A stretch of DNA of 35,587 bases from Patescibacteria group bacterium. GTDB taxonomy: Bacteria; Patescibacteriota; Patescibacteriia; Patescibacteriales; UBA12075. The stretch spans positions 1 through 35,587 of the forward strand of contig JAYEHJ010000091.1 of the NCBI GenBank assembly GCA_034659435.1. The letters run 5' to 3'. Position numbers and translations under genes: made by a program. Positions 1 through 7,749 of the stretch are shown piece after piece (position 1 is the first letter of the stretch; each line of letters starts with the position of its first letter). The notes under the pieces are model-generated. The model saw only the letters and a program-made list of their open reading frames with translations. It did not search any database and had not been told where the DNA came from.

Positions 1-687
1 GAAAAGGAATACGGACAAGCGCTGTACACGGAAAATAATAAAAGCCAAACAATAACCATTCAATTCGCGAGCAATCAAGTTATTAACGCGGATAAAAAGT
101 TTCAATTGGATGTTCCTGACACGTCGTATTCGCTGGGAGATAAATTAAGCGGCCACATACTTTTGCAAGTGGAGTCTCATGGAGAAGCCTGGTATATTGA
201 TACTGTTTCCGGAAAGCGGTATTATATGAAGGACGGCAACACAGCTTATGAGATGTTAAGAGAATTCGGTTTGGGAATCACCAATGAAGATTTGAATAAA
301 ATTTCAATCGGACTGGATAATCGTTTTGATGAGTGGGATTATGACGGCGACATGGTTCCTGACAAAATGGAAGAAGCTTTGGGAACAGATACGCGTAATT
401 GGGATAGCGACAGCGATGGATATAATGACGGGGAAGAAATTTTAAATTCTTTCAATCCGCTAGGCGCGGGAAAAACAGAAATTAACATCGCTTTAACTGA
501 AAAATTAAAAGGCAAAATTCTCTTGCAAGTTGAATCGCGAGGCGAGGCTTGGTATTTAAATCCAAGCGACATGAGGCGCTATTACATGAAAGACGGAGAA
601 TCAGCTTATGAAATTATGCGCTTTTTATCACTTGGAATCACCAATGAAAATTTGGAAAAAATAGAGAGCGGTACGGTTGGGGAGTAA
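1..687 (+). CDS. 5'-truncated secreted/cell-surface repeat protein: two ~50-aa domains separated by Asp-rich, thrombospondin-type-3-like Ca-binding motifs
   Basis: Frame 1 is open from base 1, with no stop before the TTG at 106; stop TAA 685-687. Internal duplication: GHILLQVESHGEAWYIDTVSGKRYYMKDGNTAYEMLREFGLGITNEDLNKI vs GKILLQVESRGEAWYLNPSDMRRYYMKDGESAYEIMRFLSLGITNENLEKI. DYDGD and DSDSDGYNDGEE motifs lie between the copies. Confidence 0.6.
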   Translation, partial: EKEYGQALYTENNKSQTITIQFASNQVINADKKFQLDVPDTSYSLGDKLSGHILLQVESHGEAWYIDTVSGKRYYMKDGNTAYEMLREFGLGITNEDLNKISIGLDNRFDEWDYDGDMVPDKMEEALGTDTRNWDSDSDGYNDGEEILNSFNPLGAGKTEINIALTEKLKGKILLQVESRGEAWYLNPSDMRRYYMKDGESAYEIMRFLSLGITNENLEKIESGTVGE

Positions 688-698
688 ATTTTTAACTT

Positions 699-1880
699 TT
701 ACTCCAAAATCAATATCTCCCGCCAAACTCTTTGTCCTTGGCGGCCGTAAATAATCGCGCCTCTTTTGCTTAAAACATTTTTATATTTTTCCAATAGTTT
801 TTCCGGCAAAGGAGAGACTGTTTTAAATTGTGAAAAATTTGGATTTATAAAAATTTTCTTATTCCTTCCCAAATTAAAAACAGGTAAAATCATTACAATT
901 CTACTTTTTTGCTTTAAAATTTTAGCAAATCGCGCGAAAGTTTTCGTGTATAACTCTTCTAATTCTTTTATTGTTTTTTTAATATCAACTCGCCCTCTTT
1001 GCGGACCTAAATACGGCTCAGTTGCAATCGCGTCAATTGATTTTTTTTTAATTTTATTCGCGATTTTTTTTATGTCGCATTCAAATATTTTTACATTATT
1101 TTTTTCTTTGTTTTTTATCGCCCAGTTAATATTTTTTTTCGCGTCTAAAACAGCCTTGGAAGAAATATCTGTTCCAATAATATTTTTGTTTCCAATCAAG
1201 CAAGCCTCGGTTATAAGCGTGCCTGAACCGCAGAACGGATCAAGCAGAATCGCGTCCTCTTTGCTTGCAAAAGGCGCGAGCGCCAAATTTATCATTATCT
1301 GCGCCAGCTTTGGCGGAAGCATTCCCGAATGGTCGTCGCGCGCCGGTCGCCCGTAATCCCTAAAAGACAATTTTTTAAAAGGTTGGACGGCAATGGTCTT
1401 GCCAATTAAAAAATTTTTCCCGTCTTCTATTATAGCCAATTCAAAGCCTTTTTTAAGCAAATTATTTTGTTCCACAACAACGCTTGATAAAATATTTTCC
1501 TTGCTGTTTACCCAGCGGCTTGCCAGTCCTTTTTTTTTAAAATATTTTTTTATTTCCATGCCCAAAGGCTTTAAATTTATATTTTTATTTCCATAATAAG
1601 AAAATCCGAAAAAAATTTTTGTTTTTGTTTTTGTTTGTTTGTCTAAATATTCATTTAAGCTTTCCAAGCTTATTTTTTCAGCTTTTTCTAAAATAATTTT
1701 GCCGATTTTAATTACTCCGCCCATCCGCTCTATTAATTTTTTTCCGTCAAGTTCTGTTTCAGATTTTATAATTAATATTTTATTATTAATTATTTTATAA
1801 TTTTCGCGCGCGCCTAAAATTGAAAAAATTTCCGCGATTGACAGCGCCGGATTGTTGCCTAGTTCAAAAAAATATCGCAT
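699..1880 (-). CDS. class I SAM-dependent methyltransferase, UPF0020/Trm11-RlmL-like (probable RNA methylase)
   Basis: 393-aa ORF with ATG at 1880. SAM motif I LLDPFCGSGTLITEA and motif IV-like IATEPYLG. Confidence 0.6.
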   Translation of the reverse strand: MRYFFELGNNPALSIAEIFSILGARENYKIINNKILIIKSETELDGKKLIERMGGVIKIGKIILEKAEKISLESLNEYLDKQTKTKTKIFFGFSYYGNKNINLKPLGMEIKKYFKKKGLASRWVNSKENILSSVVVEQNNLLKKGFELAIIEDGKNFLIGKTIAVQPFKKLSFRDYGRPARDDHSGMLPPKLAQIMINLALAPFASKEDAILLDPFCGSGTLITEACLIGNKNIIGTDISSKAVLDAKKNINWAIKNKEKNNVKIFECDIKKIANKIKKKSIDAIATEPYLGPQRGRVDIKKTIKELEELYTKTFARFAKILKQKSRIVMILPVFNLGRNKKIFINPNFSQFKTVSPLPEKLLEKYKNVLSKRGAIIYGRQGQRVWREILILE

Positions 1881-2161
1881 ATTGTATGAAGTTTATTTTT
1901 AATTAATTCCTCTATTAAATTGGTTTTAGCTGCACGTTTCATATACATGACAATATTGTATCAAAAATGAAATAAGATATCAAGAAAAATAAAATTAGCC
2001 TTTTGTTTGCTTTTACGTTTATTTTTATGTTTATTTTTATTGACTTTTAATTAAAAACAATGTAATTTATAACAATAATCCGGAAGGAGTTTTCGGAGTA
2101 TTGTTTATTTTTGTTCGTTAACAATTAGTTTAACTCTAAAAAAGTGTATAGGAGGTATAAA

Positions 2162-3487
2162 ATGCCAATGTCAGATGATTTTAAAGAAAGGTTGTTTCCG
2201 ATAATAGGTGATGTTTTAGACAAATTTAGACCAAAATTACCAAATTTTCAAGGTATGCTTAATAATAGCATTACAAAAAGCGCTTTAAGTCCGGCCGCGC
2301 ATATTTTGGATGAAACAGGTATTAAAAAAACTATCACTGAAATGAAAAAATTATTGTTTACCGATTACAAGGGCAAAAATTTTTTTGCGGTTAAGGCCAA
2401 CCCTAATTTATGGGTTTTAAAGTTAATGTTGAAAATGGGTTTTGGCCTGGATTGCGCCTCTCCGACCGAACTAGTAAGAGCGCTTAAGGTTGGTGCGCGA
2501 TCAACGGATATAATGCTTACCAGTAATAACACGAGTGCTGAACTGCTTGAGCTGGCTTTGTATGTTGGCTGTATTTTAAATTTGGATGACATCAGTTTTT
2601 TGGAAAAAATTTCCGGGGTTCCTGAGTTAATTTGTTTTCGCTATAACCCGGGCAATCTAAGGACAACAGGAAGCAATAAAATTATCGGTAGTCCCCCGGA
2701 ACAAAAATACGGCGTAAGAGATGATCAGATCGTAGAAGCCTATAAAAGAGCCATTGATTTAGGAGCAAAAAAATTTGGTATTCATGTAATGTATTGTTCA
2801 AATCAAATGGATTATGTAAATTTGGCAGGAACCGCGAAAATGCAGTTAAATGTTGTTCGGAATGTGCAAGACAAACTTGGGATTCAATTTGAGTTTATCA
2901 ATATGGGCGGAGGATTGGGTATTCCTTATCATTACAACCAGCCACCGCTTAACATTTGGTTGATGGCGCAAAGCATCAACGATGCTTTGTATGATTTTGA
3001 AAAAGAAAATGGCTATGTGCCTGATTTTTTTACTGAATCAGGAAGATATGTTATGGGACCGCATGGAGTTCTTGCCGGCAAATGCGTCAATGTGATGCAA
3101 AAATATAAAAAATTTATTGGTGTTGATTTTTGCGATGCCGCTGATATTCTTAGGGCGGTAATCTATAAAGATTCTCACCACGAAATTAAAATTGTTGGCA
3201 AAGAAGAAATGGCAGAGAAGGTTGATATTGTCGGACCTCTTTGTGAAAATTTTAAGCTGGCAGAAAATCGGTTAATGCCGGCAATTATTGAAGGCGATAT
3301 ATTGGTTGTGCAAGACACAGGAGCGCATTGCAAGGCAATGACTTCAAATTACAATGGCTGGGGAGCTTCGCAGGTTTTAGCTTTTCATCCTGATAATTCC
3401 ATTACCAGGGTTGAACGAGCGCAAACTATTGAAGATCTTATGCGAACAGATACGGAATGTGATTTTAAGAAAATTAATTTTAATTAA
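2162..3487 (+). CDS. PLP-dependent fold-III decarboxylase (diaminopimelate/ornithine/arginine decarboxylase family)
   Basis: Motifs FAVKANPN (PLP lysine), GLDCASPTEL and NMGGGLGIPY. ATG 2162 lies 6 nt after AGGAGG (2150-2155), so the GTG 2144 in the ORF track is probably not the start. Confidence 0.75.
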   Translation: MPMSDDFKERLFPIIGDVLDKFRPKLPNFQGMLNNSITKSALSPAAHILDETGIKKTITEMKKLLFTDYKGKNFFAVKANPNLWVLKLMLKMGFGLDCASPTELVRALKVGARSTDIMLTSNNTSAELLELALYVGCILNLDDISFLEKISGVPELICFRYNPGNLRTTGSNKIIGSPPEQKYGVRDDQIVEAYKRAIDLGAKKFGIHVMYCSNQMDYVNLAGTAKMQLNVVRNVQDKLGIQFEFINMGGGLGIPYHYNQPPLNIWLMAQSINDALYDFEKENGYVPDFFTESGRYVMGPHGVLAGKCVNVMQKYKKFIGVDFCDAADILRAVIYKDSHHEIKIVGKEEMAEKVDIVGPLCENFKLAENRLMPAIIEGDILVVQDTGAHCKAMTSNYNGWGASQVLAFHPDNSITRVERAQTIEDLMRTDTECDFKKINFN

Positions 3488-3508
3488 ATTTAAAAACAGG
3501 AGGTTAAA

Positions 3509-4711
3509 ATGGCAAGAAAAAGCAGATTACCAAAAGGCGGAGAAAATCTTTTTCAAGAGATAAAAAAAGTGTGCACGCGAGCGGAAACGAATGACATAAA
3601 GCTTTATAAACTTTCAATTGGACAGCCGACAGGTCCTGCTTTATTGAGTGCAAGACAAGGAGCGGCAGAAGCGATTATGAGCGACGAGGAATCAATGCAC
3701 GAATATCAGGACAATGGTGAGCCGGGAGTCCCCGGTTTTAGCAAGGCATTTGTTCAAGCGAATGTTGGAAGTTTTGATTTGTCGTATGTTGAAGACATTG
3801 ACTACTTGCCGACTCCGGGAATTAAGCCCATGCTCGGACTTATTCCAATGGCGTGCGGGGAAATAAATAATCAGCATGTTCAAATTATGGTTCAAACGAT
3901 GACTGATCCTGGTTATCCTACTCCGAGTATTTGGTGTAATTATTTTAGTTTACCGAACAAACCAATTTATTTTGCTCCATACAACTATTTTATGTTTGAT
4001 CCCCGTAAGCAAGCTTATGGTAAAAATAGCTTATTTATGCTTAATTTTCCACATAATCCGTCTGGAGAAATTGCGACAAAAGGGTGGTGGAAATATTTGT
4101 GCGCGTTTTGTGAAAAACGTAATATTCGCGTATTTAACGACGCAGCATATGCTATGTTGGCTCATTCATCTATTGCCTGCACGCTAACCGAGGTGGCTGT
4201 TGGATTTCCTAATCTTTCGTGGGCAGAAGCTTTTTCCGCTTCAAAAGTAATTAGCAACGGGACTGGTTGGCGAATTGGAGCAATGGCAGGTTCTCCTGAT
4301 TTTATCGGGGATATTGCGACTATTAAAGGGAATACGGACAGTGGCTTTAATGCGGCGTTGGCATCGGGTGTTCTGCGGGCGATTAAGGATGATATGGAAA
4401 ATATTCAATTTATTAGACAGAGATATGAGATACGGATTCGTGCTCTCATAAATATTTTGACTCAAAGAGGAATGCAATTAGCAGTGGAGCCGAAAGCTGG
4501 ATTTTTTACTCTTTGGAAATGTCCCAAAAAGGCATTTGGAGAAGATGTAAGAGACGCGAAACATTTCAATTTTATGATGATTGAACGAACCGGCGTTGTT
4601 GGCGTACATTTTAATCCATATATTAGGTATGCTGTTGTTGCGCCTATTGAGCAAGTGAAGTTTACCGACGCGATTAAAAAAGCTTTTGATAAAGCAAAGG
4701 CAGAATATTAA
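3509..4711 (+). CDS. PLP-dependent class I/II aminotransferase (AspC/DapL-like)
   Basis: 400 aa. Motifs NFPHNPSGE, FNDAAYA and SASKVISNGTGWRIGAMAG (PLP-lysine context). AGGAGG at 3498-3503 precedes the ATG. The gap to the upstream decarboxylase is 21 nt, so the two are likely co-transcribed. Confidence 0.7.
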   Translation: MARKSRLPKGGENLFQEIKKVCTRAETNDIKLYKLSIGQPTGPALLSARQGAAEAIMSDEESMHEYQDNGEPGVPGFSKAFVQANVGSFDLSYVEDIDYLPTPGIKPMLGLIPMACGEINNQHVQIMVQTMTDPGYPTPSIWCNYFSLPNKPIYFAPYNYFMFDPRKQAYGKNSLFMLNFPHNPSGEIATKGWWKYLCAFCEKRNIRVFNDAAYAMLAHSSIACTLTEVAVGFPNLSWAEAFSASKVISNGTGWRIGAMAGSPDFIGDIATIKGNTDSGFNAALASGVLRAIKDDMENIQFIRQRYEIRIRALINILTQRGMQLAVEPKAGFFTLWKCPKKAFGEDVRDAKHFNFMMIERTGVVGVHFNPYIRYAVVAPIEQVKFTDAIKKAFDKAKAEY

Positions 4712-4834
4712 AACGAAAAATAACACGGGGTTCGCGTAAATAACACGCGAACCCTTTTGATTTTTGCTAAAACTAGCATTTAGTTTGCTTTTATTGTTAT
4801 TAAGTGATAATATAATAAATATCATTTATAGAAT

Positions 4835-7687
4835 ATGCCCAAAAAACAAAAAAAATTAATGATTATAGATGGGAATGCTTTGATTCATCGGAGTTTTCAT
4901 GCCTTGCCGCCTACTATGACGACAAAAGACGGAACAGTTGTGAATGCTGTTTACGGTTTTATGAGTTTTTTAATTAAAGCCATGCGGGATTTGCGCCCGG
5001 AATACGTGGTTTTAACATTGGATAAAAAAGGGCCGACATTCAGGCATAAAAAGTTTAAAGAATATAAAGCAAAGCGGGTGAAAGCGCCGGATGAACTTTA
5101 CGCGCAAATTCCAATGGTAAAAAAACTGGCTATTGACTTTAATATCCCTGTTTTTGAAAAGGACGGTTTTGAGGCGGATGATTTAATTGGGACGATTTCG
5201 TCAGGAATCAGGAATCAAGAATCAGGAATCAAGGATTTAGAATGTATTATCGTTACTGGCGATAAGGATACTTTACAGCTGGTTAATAAAGAAACAAAGG
5301 TTTATTCTATGAGCCGCGGGTTAAGTGACTCTATATTGTATGATGAGGCGCTTGTGAAAGAAAAAATGGGTGTTAACGTCGGGCAGGTGGTTGATTATAA
5401 AGCGTTGAGCGGAGACGCGAGCGATAATATTCCGGGAGTGCCGGGAATTGGCGCCAAAACAGCGGTTGCGCTGTTAAAAGAGTTTGGTAATTTGGATAAT
5501 TTGTACAAACACGCAACTCACAGCTCACAACTCATAACTAAAAAAATTAAGCCTCGTATTTTGGATTTGCTTGTTGAGCATAAAAAAAGCGCTTATTTGT
5601 CGCGCGAATTGGCAACTATTAAATGTGATGTGAAAATTAAATTTAATTTGGAGGCTATGCGATTTTTTGATTTGGATAAAGATAAAATTGTTAAAGCCTT
5701 AAGCGAGCTTGAATTTAAATCTTTATTGCCACGGGTACAAAGTTTGTTTAACGAAGTCGGGTTGGATACAAAAGAAAAAAAACAGCAAGCAACTGAAGAT
5801 AAATTTAAGCGCAATAAGAATAGTTTTAAATATATTTTTGTTAATAATGAAAATAAGTTTAAAATTTTTTTGGCTGAATTAAAAAAACAAAAATACTTTA
5901 CTTTTGACACGGAAACTTCCAGTTTTGATCCGATTACATGTGATTTGCTGGGGGTTAGTTTTTCCTGGAAGAAAGGAGAAGCGCATTTTGTTCAGTTAAG
6001 AATTAAGAATGAAGAATTAAGAATTAAGGATTGTGGTCAAGGGTCATTGTTTGGAGAAACAAAAAAATTTTGTGATGATGACAAAGGAAAGATTTGGCTG
6101 GAAAAATTAAAGCCGATTTTTGCTGATGAAAAAATTAAAAAAACAGCGCATAATGCCAAGTTTGATGCGCGGGTTTTGAAAAATAAAGGCGTTGTTGTTA
6201 ATGGTTTGGATTTTGATACTATGATTGCTTCTTATCTTTTGAATCCGGGAACGCGCGGGCATGGCTTGGACGCGCTTGCTTTTACCGAGTTGGGGTTTGA
6301 AAAAATATCCAAGAATGATTTATTAGGAACAGGAAAAGACAAAAAAACTTTTAGCGAAGTGGAAATGGAAAAATTAAGCCTTTACTCGTGCGAAGACGCG
6401 GATTTTACCGAACGGCTAAGGCATGCTTTAAAGCCAAAATTAAAAAAAGAAAATCTGGAAGCGCTTTTTAAAACAATAGAGATGCCGTTGATTAGCGCGC
6501 TTTCATGCATGGAAGACACCGGCGTAAAAATTAACTCTGAATTTTTGTCAGAAATGAGCAGGAAAATGGCAAAAAAAATCAAAGCGCTTGAAAAAAAAAT
6601 TCATGATTTGGCAGGAGAAATTTTTAACATAAAATCAACAAAACAATTAAAATATATTTTATTTGAAAAAATGGAATTACCGACAGAAGCGATCAAAAAA
6701 ACCAAAACCGGTTTTTCAACAGGCGCGGATGAATTGGAAAAATTAAAAGAATATAGTCCGATAATTTCCTTAATTCAAGAATACAGAGAATTAAATAAAT
6801 TAGTCAGTACATATATTGACGCTTTACCCGCGCTTGTTAATGAAAAAACCAAACGAGTTCATACAAGCTATAATCAAACAATTACAGCTACCGGCAGATT
6901 GTCCTCCACAAAACCGAATTTACAGAATATTCCGGTTAAAACAGATTTGGGAAATGAAATCAGGAAAGCGTTTATCGCGGACAAGGGCTATAAATTATTG
7001 GCTTTGGACTATTCACAAATTGAATTAAGGCTTGCGGCGCATATGTCCGGCGACAAAAAGATGATTAAAGCGTTTAATAATGGGGCGGATATTCACAGCG
7101 CGACAGCGGCGGAAATAAATAATGTTTCTTTAGATGAAGTTAGCGCGAAGATGCGCCGAGAGGCAAAAGCTATAAATTTTGGCATTCTTTACGGGCAAGG
7201 CCCGCGCGGACTTTCCCGCGGAGTTAATATTCCTTACGCGCGAGCCAAGGATTTTATTGATAATTATTTTAAAGTCTATTCGGGAATAAAAACATATGTG
7301 AATGAAAAAATCGCGTTCGCGCGCGAATATGGCTACGCGGAAACAATGTATAAAAGAAAAAGATATTTGCCTGAAATCAATTCAAGTATTTTACAGGTAA
7401 AAAAAGGCGCCGAGCGCATGGCGATAAATACTCCGATACAAGGAACAGCCGCGGATATAATTAAAATCGCCATGATTGAAGTTATGGATAAAGTTTGCAG
7501 CAGCAAAGCAAAAATGCTTATGCAGGTTCATGATGAGTTGATTTTTGAAGTTAAAGATAGCGAGGTTAAAAAAGAAGCTGAGAAAATTAAAAAAATCATG
7601 GAAAATGTTGTTAAACTAGACGTTCCGATTATTGTTGATGTTAAGGCCGGGGAGAATTGGGGGGAGATGGGGTCAATTCTCAATTAA
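4835..7687 (+). CDS. polA: DNA polymerase I (5' nuclease + 3'-5' exonuclease + polymerase domains)
   Basis: 950 aa. 5' nuclease: EADDLIGT...TGDKD and GVPGIGAKTA. Exo motifs: FDTETSS, NAKFDARVL, YSCEDADFT. Pol motifs: DYSQIELR, RREAKAINFGILYG, QVHDEL. Confidence 0.95.
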   Translation: MPKKQKKLMIIDGNALIHRSFHALPPTMTTKDGTVVNAVYGFMSFLIKAMRDLRPEYVVLTLDKKGPTFRHKKFKEYKAKRVKAPDELYAQIPMVKKLAIDFNIPVFEKDGFEADDLIGTISSGIRNQESGIKDLECIIVTGDKDTLQLVNKETKVYSMSRGLSDSILYDEALVKEKMGVNVGQVVDYKALSGDASDNIPGVPGIGAKTAVALLKEFGNLDNLYKHATHSSQLITKKIKPRILDLLVEHKKSAYLSRELATIKCDVKIKFNLEAMRFFDLDKDKIVKALSELEFKSLLPRVQSLFNEVGLDTKEKKQQATEDKFKRNKNSFKYIFVNNENKFKIFLAELKKQKYFTFDTETSSFDPITCDLLGVSFSWKKGEAHFVQLRIKNEELRIKDCGQGSLFGETKKFCDDDKGKIWLEKLKPIFADEKIKKTAHNAKFDARVLKNKGVVVNGLDFDTMIASYLLNPGTRGHGLDALAFTELGFEKISKNDLLGTGKDKKTFSEVEMEKLSLYSCEDADFTERLRHALKPKLKKENLEALFKTIEMPLISALSCMEDTGVKINSEFLSEMSRKMAKKIKALEKKIHDLAGEIFNIKSTKQLKYILFEKMELPTEAIKKTKTGFSTGADELEKLKEYSPIISLIQEYRELNKLVSTYIDALPALVNEKTKRVHTSYNQTITATGRLSSTKPNLQNIPVKTDLGNEIRKAFIADKGYKLLALDYSQIELRLAAHMSGDKKMIKAFNNGADIHSATAAEINNVSLDEVSAKMRREAKAINFGILYGQGPRGLSRGVNIPYARAKDFIDNYFKVYSGIKTYVNEKIAFAREYGYAETMYKRKRYLPEINSSILQVKKGAERMAINTPIQGTAADIIKIAMIEVMDKVCSSKAKMLMQVHDELIFEVKDSEVKKEAEKIKKIMENVVKLDVPIIVDVKAGENWGEMGSILN
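5201..5242 (+). repeat. 7-nt periodic array, purine-rich flavour, in-frame in the polA 5' nuclease domain
   Basis: TCAGGAA TCAGGAA TCAAGAA TCAGGAA TCAAGGA TTTAGAA, translated SGIRNQESGIKDLE. Confidence 0.85.
5508..5542 (+). repeat. 7-nt periodic array, CA flavour, in-frame in polA
   Basis: AACACGC AACTCAC AGCTCAC AACTCAT AACTAAA, translated HATHSSQLITK. It shares a 15-nt identical core with the reverse complement of 9217-9244. Confidence 0.85.
5996..6037 (+). repeat. 7-nt periodic array, purine-rich flavour, in-frame in the polA 3'-5' exonuclease domain
   Basis: TTAAGAA TTAAGAA TGAAGAA TTAAGAA TTAAGGA TTGTGGT, translated LRIKNEELRIKDCG. Confidence 0.85.
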
Positions 7688-7714
7688 AAATTACGAATTA
7701 CGAATTATTCATTT
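7687..7714 (+). repeat. 7-nt periodic array, AATTACG flavour, starting at the polA stop codon
   Basis: AAAATTA CGAATTA CGAATTA TTCATTT. Confidence 0.75.
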
Positions 7715-7749
7715 AAAATTTTAAAAATAAAAATGGCAGAGCGTTTATT

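Noticed and set aside
766-1356. 196-aa + strand ORF, plus the many other 60-140-aa ORFs antisense to conserved genes (for example 16082-16483, 16697-17023, 32832-33248, 33723-34049, 22050-22391)
   Set aside because: These are shadow ORFs inside well-supported genes on the opposite strand. Their translations are low-complexity, and they have no start signals.
1881-2161. A possible lysine (L-box) riboswitch or T-box upstream of the decarboxylase gene
   Set aside because: The region is almost entirely A/T. Its only hairpin is short (TCCGGAAGGAGTTTTCGGA), and there is neither the length nor the conserved helices for a lysine riboswitch.
5201-6037. The heptamer arrays as a possible CRISPR or other spaced-repeat locus
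   Set aside because: The units are 7 nt and directly abutting, with no spacers. The arrays are 28-42 nt long and lie inside ORFs or leaders, so the architecture is not CRISPR-like.
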